Below are positions 28,857 to 38,941 of a stretch of DNA of 64,000 nucleotides, in pieces. The notes under the pieces were generated by a model, which was not told the origin of the DNA, searched no databases, and worked only from the letters and a program-made list of their open reading frames with translations. The translations under genes were made by a program, and so were the position numbers. The stretch comes from Alphaproteobacteria bacterium (GTDB lineage Bacteria; Pseudomonadota; Alphaproteobacteria; UBA828): contig CBDCRW010000004.1 of the NCBI GenBank assembly GCA_965221125.1, positions 448,001 through 512,000 of the forward strand, given 5' to 3'. How positions within the stretch are numbered: position 1 is the first letter of the stretch; each line of letters opens with the position of its first letter.

Positions 28857-29639
28857 ATGGCAGACGACTTCAAGGTGTACTGGCAGCCGGGATGCTCGAG
28901 CTGCCTCCGGGCCAAGGAGTTCCTGGCCAAGCGCGGGATCGGCTACGAATCGATCAACGTCCGCGCGAGGCCGGAGGCGATGGAGGAGCTCGCCGGCCTC
29001 GGCGCCCGGTCGGTGCCGGTGGTGGCGCTGGGGAAGCGCTTCGTCTTCGCCCAGGATTTAGGGGATCTCGCGCGCTTCATCGGCGTCGAGCTGGACCGGA
29101 CGCCGTTGCCGCCGGCGGAGCTGGTGCGGAAGATCGACCTGGTCCTCGCCGCGACCCAGCGCTACCTCGGCCAGTTCCCCGTCGCCGACCTGGAAGAGGG
29201 GCTGCCCGGCCGCGAGCGCACCATCCTCGATCTCGGCTACCACATCTTCGTGATCCCCGCCGCATTCCTCGACGCCGCCCACGGCGCCCGGCTCACCTTC
29301 GACTATTTCGAGCGCACGCCCGGCCCCGACATGCGGAGCGCAGCCCAGGTGGCCGCCTACGGCCAGACCGTGCGCGAGGCGCTTGAGTCATGGTGGCGCG
29401 GGGCGGACGCAGGGCGCCTCGGCACGCTCGACACCTACTACGGCATCCACCCGGCGGAGAGCGTGTTGGAGCGGACGGCGTGGCACGCCGCCCAGCACGC
29501 TCGTCAGCTCATGGCGCTCCTGGAGCAGCGCGGCATCGCGCCGGACGGCGCCCTGGGCGACGACGAGCTGGACGGCCTGCCGCTGCCGGAAGAGATCTAC
29601 GACGACGAGGTGAAGCTCGGGGCCGGCGCCGGCGCCTGA
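28857..29639 (+). CDS. Glutaredoxin-like domain fused to a DinB-like four-helix domain
   Basis: YWQPGCSSC and SVPVV (Grx); LGYHIF and WHAAQHARQL (DinB-type His ligands). Confidence 0.75.
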   Translation: MADDFKVYWQPGCSSCLRAKEFLAKRGIGYESINVRARPEAMEELAGLGARSVPVVALGKRFVFAQDLGDLARFIGVELDRTPLPPAELVRKIDLVLAATQRYLGQFPVADLEEGLPGRERTILDLGYHIFVIPAAFLDAAHGARLTFDYFERTPGPDMRSAAQVAAYGQTVREALESWWRGADAGRLGTLDTYYGIHPAESVLERTAWHAAQHARQLMALLEQRGIAPDGALGDDELDGLPLPEEIYDDEVKLGAGAGA

Positions 29640-29666
29640 TCCGGGCGCGAAAGCGGACTCCGCCGG

Positions 29667-30269
29667 CTACCAGCCGCCGGTTTCGAGCCAGCGCTCGACC
29701 ATGTCCAGCCGGTCGTGGCCCCAGAACATCTCGTCGCCGACGAAGACCGTGGGCGAGCCGAAGACGCCGCGCTCGATCGCCGCATCGTTCTCGGCGCGCA
29801 GGCGGTCCTTCACCGCCTGATCCTGCACCGCCGCCACCAGCGCGTCGCCGTCGACGCCGAGCGTGCTCGCGGCCTCGACCACCGTCTCCGGCTGGCTCAG
29901 GTCGCGGTTGTCCACGAAGTAGCCGCGATAGAGCGCGAGCGCGAAGTCGTGCGCGGTGCCGGGGTCGCCATCCGCCAGCCAGTAGTAGGCGCGGCAGGCG
30001 GCGATGCTGTTGACCGGGAAGTTGTCGGGCACGTTGAAGGCGATGCCGTGGAGGCGCGCCGAGCGCAGCATGTCGTGGCGCGAATACGGCCCCTTCAGGG
30101 GTTGGTTCACCAGCGGGCTGCCGCCGATCTTCTGGAAGACGGCGCCGAGCAGCATCGGCCGCCATGTCGCCGTGCGCCCGTGCTTCGCCGCAAGGGCGTC
30201 GATGCGCTCGGCCGCAAGGTAGCCGTAGGGCGATGAGAAATCGAAGTAGAAGTCGAGGCTGTCGCTCAT
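29667..30269 (-). CDS. 2-hydroxychromene-2-carboxylate isomerase/kappa GST (DsbA-fold) family
   Basis: FYFDFSSPYGY, GVFGSPT and FWGHDRL motifs. Confidence 0.93.
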   Translation of the reverse strand: MSDSLDFYFDFSSPYGYLAAERIDALAAKHGRTATWRPMLLGAVFQKIGGSPLVNQPLKGPYSRHDMLRSARLHGIAFNVPDNFPVNSIAACRAYYWLADGDPGTAHDFALALYRGYFVDNRDLSQPETVVEAASTLGVDGDALVAAVQDQAVKDRLRAENDAAIERGVFGSPTVFVGDEMFWGHDRLDMVERWLETGGW

Positions 30270-30275
30270 GGCCGC

Positions 30276-31427
30276 TTACTCCCGCGCGAGCGCCCGGCTG
30301 ATGACCAGCCGCTGGACGTCGCTCGTGCCCTCGTAGATCGTGCAGACGCGCTGGTCCCGGTAGATGCGCTCGACCGGGAAATCGCTCAGGTAGCCGTAGC
30401 CGCCGAGGGTCTGAATCGCCTTGGAGCAAACCCGCTCGGCGGTCTCGGAGGCGAAGAGCTTGGCCATCGAGGCTTTCTTCAGGCAGGGCTCGCCGGCATC
30501 GCGGAGCTGCGCCGCCTGCAGCGTGAGCAGCCGCGCCGCCTCGATCTCTGTCGCCATGTCGGCGAGCCGAAAACCCACCGCCTGATGCTCGATCAGCGGC
30601 TTGCCGAAGCTCGTGCGCTCCCTGGCGTAGGCGAGCGCGGCCTCGTAAGCCGAGCGCATGGCCCCGGTGGCCTGGGCGGCGACGCCGATGCGCCCGCCTT
30701 CGAGATTGCCGAGGGCGATGGCGTAGCCCTGCCCCGGCTCGCCCAGCATGAGGTCGGGCGTAAGCCGCACGTCCTCGAAGACGATCTGGCAGGTGTCGTG
30801 CGCCCGCTGGCCCATCTTGGTCTCGTGGCTCGCGACCGTGTAGCCCTCAGCGTCGGTCGGCACGAGGAAGCAGCTGATCCCCTTCTTGCCCGCGTCCGGG
30901 TCGGTCACGGCGAAGACCATGGCGAGGTCCGCCTTCGAGCCGCTGGAGACGAACTGCTTGGTGCCGCTCAGGCGGTAGCCGTTGCCGTCCGCCACCGCAC
31001 GGGTCCGCAGGTTGGACGCGTCCGAGCCCGCCTGCGGCTCGGTGAGGCAGAAGCAGCCCAGCATGTCGCCCCGCGCGAGCGGGCGGAGGAAGCGCTCCTT
31101 CTGCGCCTCGGAGCCGCCCCTGAGAATGCCAGCGCAGACGAGCGAGTTGTTGACGCTCATCGCCGTGGACGTGCCGACGTCGCCGGCCGCGATCTCCTCC
31201 ATGGCGAGCGCGTAGGCCACGTGGTCGGCGCCGGCGCCGTCCCATTCCGGCGGCACCAGCATCCCCATCAGCCCGAGCCGGCCCATGCGGGGCAGGATGT
31301 CGTCCGGGAAGCCGCCGTTCAGGTCCCACGTGCCGGCATGGGGCGCGAGCTCGTTCGCGGCGAAGTCGCGCGCCATGTCGCGGATCATGCGCTGCTCGTC
31401 GGAGAGGAAGATGCCGTTCGCTGCCAT
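30276..31427 (-). CDS. Acyl-CoA dehydrogenase (short/branched-chain type)
   Basis: FCLTEPQAGSDA, GGRIGVAAQ, GGYGY and IYEGTSDVQR motifs. Confidence 0.95.
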   Translation of the reverse strand: MAANGIFLSDEQRMIRDMARDFAANELAPHAGTWDLNGGFPDDILPRMGRLGLMGMLVPPEWDGAGADHVAYALAMEEIAAGDVGTSTAMSVNNSLVCAGILRGGSEAQKERFLRPLARGDMLGCFCLTEPQAGSDASNLRTRAVADGNGYRLSGTKQFVSSGSKADLAMVFAVTDPDAGKKGISCFLVPTDAEGYTVASHETKMGQRAHDTCQIVFEDVRLTPDLMLGEPGQGYAIALGNLEGGRIGVAAQATGAMRSAYEAALAYARERTSFGKPLIEHQAVGFRLADMATEIEAARLLTLQAAQLRDAGEPCLKKASMAKLFASETAERVCSKAIQTLGGYGYLSDFPVERIYRDQRVCTIYEGTSDVQRLVISRALARE

Positions 31428-31438
31428 GGCCTTGGCCC

Positions 31439-32038
31439 TCAGAGCCGCTCGTAGGCGGCGTCCACCGGCGTACACGCGACGCCGTTGATGGGGAGGATGT
31501 CCTGCGGGCAGCAGGAGAACGCGAGCACGATATCCATCTCCGCCCGCAGCACCACGTGATCGCCGGGGCTGGCGACGCCCGCCTCGAATGAGACCGAGCC
31601 GTTCGCGCCCACGGGGATGTTCATCCACATGTTCCAGGGTGAGGGCGTCTTCGGCGCCCTGAGGCCGAGGTCGCCAAGCGCGTCGTGTAGGTTGTCCTCG
31701 CAGTTGTCGTGGTCGTCGCCCGCGCCGAGCAGGATGTAGCGCCAGCGGTCGCAGGCGGCGATCAGCGTGTCGTGGATGCCGGGCGAGGTGTCCTCGACGA
31801 GGGTGAGGATGGGGCGCCGCTTGCCCGTGACCATGGTGTCGCCGGGTTTGGGGAAGATCCCGCCGATGGCGACGCGGGAGTGCTCCATCGACATGCACTC
31901 GGCCATGTCGTCGGCGTTGAAGGCCCAGGTGTCGACCACCTGGGTGCCGTGGGTGTTGATGAGCCTGAGCGACTCGCCCGCGCCGAGCCGCACCGCCCGG
32001 CCGCCCCGGGCCGGAATGGTCTCGCGCCCGCCCGCCAT
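31439..32038 (-). CDS. DUF1989/urea carboxylase-associated family protein
   Basis: GTQVVDTWAF, HDTLIAACD, NCEDNL and SCCPQD motifs. Confidence 0.88.
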   Translation of the reverse strand: MAGGRETIPARGGRAVRLGAGESLRLINTHGTQVVDTWAFNADDMAECMSMEHSRVAIGGIFPKPGDTMVTGKRRPILTLVEDTSPGIHDTLIAACDRWRYILLGAGDDHDNCEDNLHDALGDLGLRAPKTPSPWNMWMNIPVGANGSVSFEAGVASPGDHVVLRAEMDIVLAFSCCPQDILPINGVACTPVDAAYERL

Positions 32039-32049
32039 GGCGGCGGCTC

Positions 32050-33237
32050 CTAGTGGAGGCGCTCGACGGCGAGCGCCGTGGCCTCGCCGCCGCCGATGCA
32101 GAGCGCGGCCGCGCCCTTGTCGAGGCCGTACTTCTCCAGCGCCGCCAGCAGGGTAATGACGATGCGGGCACCCGACGCGCCGACCGGATGGCCGAGGGCG
32201 CAGGCGCCGCCGTGGACGTTCACCTTCTCGTGGTCGAGGTCGAGGTCGCGCATCGCCGCCATCGTGACGACGGCGAAGGCCTCGTTGATCTCGTAGAGGT
32301 CTACGTCGTCCGCCTCCCAGCCCACCTTCTCGAAGAGCTTGCGGAGCGCGGGCCCCGGCGCGGTGGTGAACCAGGCCGGCGCTTGCGCGTGCGTCGCGTG
32401 GCCGTGGATGATGGCGATGGGCTCGAGCCCCCGCATCTCGGCCTCGGAGCGCCGCATCAGCACCAGCGCCGCGCCGCCGTCCGAAATCGAGCTGGAGTTG
32501 GCGGCGGTCACCGAGCCGTCCTTGGCGAAGGCGGGGCGCAGCGTCGGGATCTTGTCGAAATCGGCGGTGAGCGGCTGCTCGTCTTGGGCGACGACGGTCT
32601 CGCCCTTGCGGTGCCTGACGGTGACCGGCGTCACCTCGCCGTCGAAGGAGCCGTCCTCGATCGCCGTCTTCGCGCGGGTGAGCGAGGTGATGGCGAACTC
32701 GTCCTGCTGCTCGCGGGTGAACTGGTAGCTGCGCGCCGTCTCCTCGGCGAAGTGGCCCATCAGCTTGCCCTTGTCGTAGGCGTCCTCCAGGCCGTCGAGG
32801 AACATGTGGTCCTGCACCTTGCCGTGGCCGATGCGGTAGCCGCCGCGCGCGCGGTCGAGCAGGTAGGGCGCGTTGGTCATGCTCTCCATGCCGCCGGCCA
32901 CGACGATGGCGCCGGAGCCGGCCGCGATCAGGTCGTGGGCGAACATGGTGGCCTTCATGCCGGAGCCGCACATCTTGTTGATGGTGGTGCAGCCGACGGC
33001 CTCGGGGATGCCGGCGCCGATGGAGGCCTGGCGCGCCGGCGCCTGCCCCTGGCCGGCGGAGAGGATGTTGCCCATGATCACTTCGTCGACCTCGTCGGCG
33101 GCGACGCCAGCGCGATCCAGCGCCGCTTCGATCGCGGCAGAGCCCAGCTCGGGCGCCCGCGCATCCTTCAGCGCACCCTGAAACCCGCCCATGGGGGTGC
33201 GCGCCATGCCAACGATGACGATCGGATCATCCATCAT
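32050..33237 (-). CDS. Acetyl-CoA C-acyltransferase (thiolase)
   Basis: [22 protein letters not shown] and LCIGGGE motifs. Confidence 0.97.
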   Translation of the reverse strand: MMDDPIVIVGMARTPMGGFQGALKDARAPELGSAAIEAALDRAGVAADEVDEVIMGNILSAGQGQAPARQASIGAGIPEAVGCTTINKMCGSGMKATMFAHDLIAAGSGAIVVAGGMESMTNAPYLLDRARGGYRIGHGKVQDHMFLDGLEDAYDKGKLMGHFAEETARSYQFTREQQDEFAITSLTRAKTAIEDGSFDGEVTPVTVRHRKGETVVAQDEQPLTADFDKIPTLRPAFAKDGSVTAANSSSISDGGAALVLMRRSEAEMRGLEPIAIIHGHATHAQAPAWFTTAPGPALRKLFEKVGWEADDVDLYEINEAFAVVTMAAMRDLDLDHEKVNVHGGACALGHPVGASGARIVITLLAALEKYGLDKGAAALCIGGGEATALAVERLH

Positions 33238-33387
33238 GTTCTGTGTTCTCCCGGCTCGAGCGCGCCAATGCTGCGCTGCAGCACACTACATAGTCCCTGC
33301 CCCGGCGAATATCCAATTTTCATGTTTCCCGGACGCGGGCTTCTCGATCTGGTGGGGCCGCGCGGCGAGCGAAGTGGCGAACGAAAG

Positions 33388-33415
33388 CCGGCCGGATGAG
33401 ATCCCATCCGGCCGG
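33388..33415 (-). terminator. Hairpin terminator after the sox cluster
   Basis: 11-bp perfect stem CCGGCCGGATG/CATCCGGCCGG followed on the minus strand by CTTTCGTT; a second hairpin lies at ~33437-33471. Confidence 0.6.
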
Positions 33416-33477
33416 GTCGTGCCTCAGCGGGAACGACGGCGGCGCCCCGAGTCAGAGGGGGAGCGCCGCCGGCAGGA

Positions 33478-34773
33478 TCAGCTGAACATGTCGTCGCTAA
33501 TGGCGGCGTACCAGCCGAGCGATTCCTCGTAGGTCGCCTTGCGCAGCTCCGCGCTTTCCCCGGTCTTGGAGATGAAGCCGTCGGTCTTGGCGATCTTCTC
33601 GTCGGTCGCCTCGTAGGAGGCGCCGACCTTGACGCCGTCGTCGGTGCCGATCAGCGACCAGCAGGTGTTGGAGAAGCGCGGCGGGAATACCGAGGAGTCG
33701 GTAAGCGCGCCGCGCACCGCCATGGCGCAGGCCTTCGCCTGGCTGTTGGCCGAGAAGCCAGACTTCGGCATGTCGCCCTGGTGCGCGGCATCACCGAGTA
33801 CGTGGATGTTCTCGTCGGCCCGGCTCTGCATGGTGTGCGGCACGATGGGCGCCCAGCCGGCCTCGTTGGTGATGCCGGCGACCGCGGCGATGCGCCCGGC
33901 CTGCTGCGCCGGGATGACGTTGCAGACGTCCACCTTCATGGCCTCGCCGTCCACCACCACCTCCATGGCCTCAGGGCGCACCTCGACCTTGTCGCCCCCA
34001 AAATCCGGGCCGATGCGCTCGACCATGCCGGGGTAGTGGCGCTGCCAGCCGTCCTCGAACAGCCCCTGCTTGGAGAACTTCTCCTTGGGGTCGACGATGA
34101 TGATCTTCGCCGAAGGATTCGACTGCTTCAGCACGTGGGCCACCATCGAGATGCGCTCGTAGGGCCCGGGCGGGCAGCGGAAGGGGTTGGGGGGCGCCAC
34201 CATGCAGTAGGTGCCGCCCTCCGGCATGGCCTCGATCTGCGCCTTGAGAAGCTGGGTCTGCGAGCCGGCCTTGTAGGCGTGCGGCATGCGGTTTTGCTGC
34301 GAGAGGTCCCATCCGGGGACGGAGCCGTCGCGGAAGTCGATGCCCGGCGAGAGCACGAGGCGGTCGTAGGCGAGGCTGCCGCCGCCCGCGAGCCCTACGC
34401 TCCGCGTGTCGCGGTCGACGGAGACCGCCCAGTCGTGCACGACGTTGATTCCGTGGTTCGCGGCCAGCGCGCCGTAGCTGTGCCCGATGGACGCGTATTC
34501 GCGGAAGCCGCCGATGTAGAGGTTGGAGAAGAAGCAGGAGTAGTAGGCGCGGCTCGGCTCCACGAGCGTCACGTCCACCGCACCTTTCGAATCCTTGGCG
34601 ATGTAGCGGGCTGCCGTCGCGCCGCCCGCGCCGCCGCCCACGACCACGACGCGGGGGCGTCCCTCGGCCATCACCGCCGGCGCCGAGAGCGCCGATACCG
34701 CCGTCGTCGCCGCAGCCGCGGATGCAAGGAATCCGCGACGGCTGAGACCGTTCTTTCCGTTCTGTTTGCTCAT
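33478..34773 (-). CDS. soxF: Flavocytochrome c sulfide dehydrogenase flavoprotein (SoxF/FccB-like)
   Basis: Tat signal SRRGFL, VVGGGAGG, CFFSNLY, RCPPGPYER, MPKSGFSANSQAK and NTCWS motifs. Confidence 0.9.
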   Translation of the reverse strand: MSKQNGKNGLSRRGFLASAAAATTAVSALSAPAVMAEGRPRVVVVGGGAGGATAARYIAKDSKGAVDVTLVEPSRAYYSCFFSNLYIGGFREYASIGHSYGALAANHGINVVHDWAVSVDRDTRSVGLAGGGSLAYDRLVLSPGIDFRDGSVPGWDLSQQNRMPHAYKAGSQTQLLKAQIEAMPEGGTYCMVAPPNPFRCPPGPYERISMVAHVLKQSNPSAKIIIVDPKEKFSKQGLFEDGWQRHYPGMVERIGPDFGGDKVEVRPEAMEVVVDGEAMKVDVCNVIPAQQAGRIAAVAGITNEAGWAPIVPHTMQSRADENIHVLGDAAHQGDMPKSGFSANSQAKACAMAVRGALTDSSVFPPRFSNTCWSLIGTDDGVKVGASYEATDEKIAKTDGFISKTGESAELRKATYEESLGWYAAISDDMFS

Positions 34774-34790
34774 CACGCGTCTCCCCTGGT

Positions 34791-35585
34791 TCACGGGTTG
34801 TCTTCTGCTCTCTGGAAATGCGCAGCGAGAGCGGCGATCTCCTCGTCCGACAGGCGCCCGGCCACGAGCTGCATGACGGGATGGACCCTCTTTCCGCCCT
34901 TGTACGCGTGCAAGGCTATCACGAAGTCATCGAGCGGCCATCCGGTTATCGAGGGGATGCCCTCGTCCGTGCCGTCGATCCTGTGGCAGGTGGTGCATTC
35001 GCCCGCGAGGTAGGCGCCGTATTCCGGGTCTCCCTGGATGGCGAGGATATCGGGGTCGAGGCCGTATTCCTCGGGCGTGGCCGTCGGTTCCGCCGGCGGC
35101 AGATCGGCGCCCGCGCCGGAGAAGCCGCGCAGCCACGCCAGGAGCAGCGCCCGGTCCTCCGCACCCTCCATGCCGTCGAAGCTCATGCGCGAGTGCGGCA
35201 CGAAGGTGTGCGGATCGGCGAGAAACGCATCCAGGGTCGCCTCGCTCCAGACCAGGCCGCCGGCACCGGCCTCCCGCATCGCCTGGGAGTAGCGAAAGCC
35301 GGCAAGCGAGCCGGCGGTGCGGCCGAAGACGTCGTTGAGGTGCGGGCCGATCCGGTTCTCCGCGCCGCCGCCCGCCTGGTGGCAGCGCTTGCACTGGGCG
35401 AAGAGCGCCTTGCCGCGCTCGGCATCGGCGCTCCATGCGCCGGAGGCGGGGAGAACCATGAGCAGGCCCAGGGCAAGCAGGCCGGAAGCGAGGCATGCCG
35501 CGAGACCGGCCGGCCAGGGCCCGCGTCTCCGGGCGGCTCTAGTCGACCTCAACCCGCTTGCTGAGCGTGTAGACGGAGCCGTCAT
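34791..35585 (-). CDS. soxE: Di-heme c-type cytochrome (SoxE-like)
   Basis: Two CxxCH motifs (CKRCH, CTTCH) and a signal peptide; lies between soxZ and soxF. Start is uncertain. Confidence 0.75.
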   Translation of the reverse strand: MTAPSTRSASGLRSTRAARRRGPWPAGLAACLASGLLALGLLMVLPASGAWSADAERGKALFAQCKRCHQAGGGAENRIGPHLNDVFGRTAGSLAGFRYSQAMREAGAGGLVWSEATLDAFLADPHTFVPHSRMSFDGMEGAEDRALLLAWLRGFSGAGADLPPAEPTATPEEYGLDPDILAIQGDPEYGAYLAGECTTCHRIDGTDEGIPSITGWPLDDFVIALHAYKGGKRVHPVMQLVAGRLSDEEIAALAAHFQRAEDNP

Positions 35586-35865
35586 CGTCGACCCATTGGA
35601 AATCCAGCTGGCCCGACTCCGGGACGGCCATCTCGAACTGGATGTAGGGATCGGCCGAGACCGCCGGCTCCAGATCGGCGGAGAACGCCACCTCGCCGTT
35701 GTAGCTCACCACGAAGCGGTTGATGATCCGGCGGGGCACGAGCGCGCCCTCGCTGTCGTGGCGCTCGCCCGTGTGCATCGGATGGGTGATGCGGGTCCTG
35801 ACCGTGAACGGGACGCCCGCCGCGATCGACCTCGGCAGCTTCACGCGCGGTGTGGGTTCCGCCAT
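35539..35865 (-). CDS. soxZ: Sulfur carrier SoxZ
   Basis: ITHPMHTG.R, VSADPYIQF and WVDDDG motifs. Confidence 0.92.
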   Translation of the reverse strand: MAEPTPRVKLPRSIAAGVPFTVRTRITHPMHTGERHDSEGALVPRRIINRFVVSYNGEVAFSADLEPAVSADPYIQFEMAVPESGQLDFQWVDDDGSVYTLSKRVEVD

Positions 35866-35875
35866 CGCCCGTTCC

Positions 35876-36295
35876 TCAGCCGCAGCCGCCGACCGTCACC
35901 GCGATCTTCTGGGAGGCCTCGCGGTATGTGCCGTCCGCCATCTCAGCCACCGCGTAGACCGTCTGGCTCTTGGCGAGGCGGATGCGGATCGTGGCTTCAG
36001 CCGGCACCAGCCTGCCGAAGTTGAAGACCGCGACGCCCGGATTGGGGTTGCCGTCGTTGAAGAGCGCGATGCGCCGCGCGCCCTCGGCGACGACACGGAC
36101 CGGCACGGCGCCGCCGTTGTCGAAGATCTCCGGCGCGTCCAGGAGCACGCCGCCTTCCAGCCTGAGCGCGCCGCCGGTGAACGCGTCGATGGCCTGGAAC
36201 ACGCCGTTGGAGGCGCTGGCCGCGCCGGCGGGAAGCAGCGCGGCCGCGGCGGCCCCGGCGCTTGCCAGCAACACATCCCTTCGTGTCGGAGTCAC
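35876..36295 (-). CDS. soxY: Sulfur carrier SoxY
   Basis: Tat signal TRRDVL, NPNP, RIRLAKSQ and the C-terminal VTVGGCG swinging arm. Confidence 0.93.
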   Translation of the reverse strand: MTPTRRDVLLASAGAAAAALLPAGAASASNGVFQAIDAFTGGALRLEGGVLLDAPEIFDNGGAVPVRVVAEGARRIALFNDGNPNPGVAVFNFGRLVPAEATIRIRLAKSQTVYAVAEMADGTYREASQKIAVTVGGCG

Positions 36296-36453
36296 GATGC
36301 AGCCTCCACCAGCCCGCAGGGCCTAGGGCGATATGGCGCCCCATTCGGGCGCCGTCAAGCCCCCGTTGCGGCCCGTCACATGCGTTGACGGGGGCGGGCC
36401 TTCGCGCCAGCATAACGGATTCCGCGAGCGTGGCTCTCAGGGAGGAACGGGAC

Positions 36454-37731
36454 ATGGCGCGCACCGTCTTCACCAACGTCAGCATCTACGACGGCAACGG
36501 CAAGAGGCCCTTCCGGGGCGAGGTGTCGATTCAGGGCAACCGCATCGAGAGGGTCGCGAGGAACGGCCAGAAACTCTCGCGGCGGGGCGCCGCGGTGGTG
36601 GACGGCGACGGCGCCACGCTCATGCCGGGGCTCGTGAACGCCCACTGCCACATGAGCTACACCGGGCCGCAGTCGATGGCCGAGATCCCGCCCGAGGAGC
36701 ACACGCTCATCACCATGCACAACGCCAGGACGATCATCGACCACGGCGTGACGGCGGCGGTGGGCGCGGGCGCCGCAAAGACCCGCCTCGACATCGTGAT
36801 CCGGAACGAGATCGACGCGGGCCGCATCCCCGGCCCCCGCTACCGCGCGTGCTCGCCGGAGATCACCGTCACCGGCGGCCTCGGCGACCAGCGCATGGAG
36901 CACTACTACAAGAACGACCTCTCGCTCTTCGCCGACGGGCCGGAGGAGATCCGCCAGGCCTGTCGCATGCTGGTCCGCGAGGGGGTCGACATCATCAAGC
37001 TCATGCCGTCGGGCGATCATCTGATTCCGGGCTCGTGCGACGCCACCCAGAGCGCGATGGACGAGGATGAGATCGCCGCTGGTGCCAAGGTCGCGCACCA
37101 GCGGGGCCGCCGCCTCGCCGCGCACGCGCGCAACCCGGACTCCATCAGGCTCTGCATCAAGTACGGGATCGAGCTGATCTATCACGCGACCTACGCGGAC
37201 GAGGAATCCCTCGACCTGCTGGAAGAGCACAAGGACAAGCACTGGGTGGTGCCGGCCATCGGCTTCACCCATGCGACCGCCTACGAGGCCGGCGACTTCG
37301 GCATCACGCCGGAAGAGGCCGAGCGCTGGGGCTTCGTCCGCGAGCTTCAGATCGGGGCGGAGACGCTGAAGAAGATGCACAAGCGCGGCATCAAGGTGCT
37401 GCCCTTCGGCGACTATGGCTTCCCCTGGACGCCCCACGGCCAGATGGCGCGGGACTTCGAGCACTTCGTCAACTATCTCGGCATGAAACCCCATGAGATC
37501 CTGCGCGCCGCGACCCAGTACGGCGCCGAGGCCTTCGCTGCGCCGGACGAGCTGGGCCGAATCAAGCCCGGCTACCTCGCCGACCTGCTGCTGATCGACG
37601 GCAACCCCTTCGCCGACCTGACGCTCTTCCAGGACGAGGCGAACATCCTGATGGTCATGAAGGACGGCGCCTACCACAAGCCGCCGCGGGAAAGGCGCGC
37701 GCTCGCCCAGCAGGTCGCCGCCGCGGAATAG
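36454..37731 (+). CDS. Amidohydrolase superfamily protein (Xaa-Pro dipeptidase-like)
   Basis: MPGLVNAHCH, IIKLM, AAHA, IYHA and G.IKPGYLADLL motifs. Confidence 0.9.
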   Translation: MARTVFTNVSIYDGNGKRPFRGEVSIQGNRIERVARNGQKLSRRGAAVVDGDGATLMPGLVNAHCHMSYTGPQSMAEIPPEEHTLITMHNARTIIDHGVTAAVGAGAAKTRLDIVIRNEIDAGRIPGPRYRACSPEITVTGGLGDQRMEHYYKNDLSLFADGPEEIRQACRMLVREGVDIIKLMPSGDHLIPGSCDATQSAMDEDEIAAGAKVAHQRGRRLAAHARNPDSIRLCIKYGIELIYHATYADEESLDLLEEHKDKHWVVPAIGFTHATAYEAGDFGITPEEAERWGFVRELQIGAETLKKMHKRGIKVLPFGDYGFPWTPHGQMARDFEHFVNYLGMKPHEILRAATQYGAEAFAAPDELGRIKPGYLADLLLIDGNPFADLTLFQDEANILMVMKDGAYHKPPRERRALAQQVAAAE

Positions 37732-37744
37732 CCGCGCGCCCGCC

Positions 37745-38917
37745 ATGGCGGCGCTCGACCGGGAGACCCTGCTCGCGCGTGCGGAGGCGCTGATCCCCGC
37801 GCTGCGCGAGCGGGCCGCCCAGGCCGAGGAGCTGCGGCGGATCCCCGACGAGAGCATTGGCGACCTTATCGAAAGCGGCCTGATCCGGGCGACGCTGCCG
37901 TCTCGCTTCGGCGGCGCCGAGGTGGATTACCGCACGATGATGGAGGTCGTGGCGCTGATCTCCCGCGGCTGTGCCTCCACCGGCTGGGTCTACTGCAACC
38001 TCGCGAGCTGCACCTTCAAGCTCGCGCTCTGGCCCCGCGAGGCGCAGGACGAAATCTGGGAGGCGGACAGGGACGCGCTGCTCACCGGCAACCTGATCTT
38101 CCCCTGCGGCAAGGCGACACGGGTGGAGGGCGGCTATCGGCTGAGCGGGCGCTGGCCCTTCGGCAGCGGCATCGACCACGCCTGCGCCAACTTCTTCGCC
38201 GCCATGGTGACGGGCAAGGAGCCGCCGGAGTTCCGCCTCTTCCTGGTGCCGAAGGGGGAGTACACGGTCCTCGACACCTGGCGGGCCTCCGGCCTGCGCG
38301 GCACCGGCAGCAACGACGCGGCCGTGGACGACCTGTTCGTGCCGGAATACCGCACCATCGATGCGAAGGATACGCGCAACGGCGCCGCACCCGGCAACGC
38401 GGTCAACCCCGGCACGGTCTACCGTCTGCCGCTCTTCGCCATGTTCTTCACCTGGGTGGGCGCGGCCGTGCTCGGCATGGCGGAAGCGGCGGTGGAAGGC
38501 TATGTCGAGGCCACGCGCACCCGCGCGGCGCACTACTCGGGCCAGCGCCTGGCGGAGCTCGGCACCATCCACGTCAAGATCGCCGAGGCCCGCGCTGCGG
38601 TGGCGACGGCGCGGCGCATCTACCTCGGCAACTGCGACGAGGCGACGGCGATCGCCGAGGGCGGCGCGCTGCCGGATGCCGAGGCCCGCGCCCGCTACCG
38701 GGCCGAGGGCGCCTTTGCCGCCCGGCTCTGCTGCCAGGCGGTCGATCTGATCACGGCGGCGAGCGGCGGCGGCGGCGTCTACGACACGAACCCGCTATCC
38801 CGCGCCTTCCGCGACATTCACGCGGGCACCGCCCACATCACCCAGACCTGGGACCCCAATGCCGTCACCTACGGCCGCCTCGCGCTCGGCCTGGAGACGG
38901 ACAACCCGCTGCTCTAA
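37745..38917 (+). CDS. Flavin-dependent monooxygenase oxygenase subunit (HsaA/HpaH-like, ACAD fold)
   Basis: CASTGW, SGRWPFGSGIDH, WRASGLRGTGSND and RAFRD..AG.AH motifs. Confidence 0.85.
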   Translation: MAALDRETLLARAEALIPALRERAAQAEELRRIPDESIGDLIESGLIRATLPSRFGGAEVDYRTMMEVVALISRGCASTGWVYCNLASCTFKLALWPREAQDEIWEADRDALLTGNLIFPCGKATRVEGGYRLSGRWPFGSGIDHACANFFAAMVTGKEPPEFRLFLVPKGEYTVLDTWRASGLRGTGSNDAAVDDLFVPEYRTIDAKDTRNGAAPGNAVNPGTVYRLPLFAMFFTWVGAAVLGMAEAAVEGYVEATRTRAAHYSGQRLAELGTIHVKIAEARAAVATARRIYLGNCDEATAIAEGGALPDAEARARYRAEGAFAARLCCQAVDLITAASGGGGVYDTNPLSRAFRDIHAGTAHITQTWDPNAVTYGRLALGLETDNPLL

Positions 38918-38941
38918 TCCCCTCACGCTCCGGCAGTTGCG

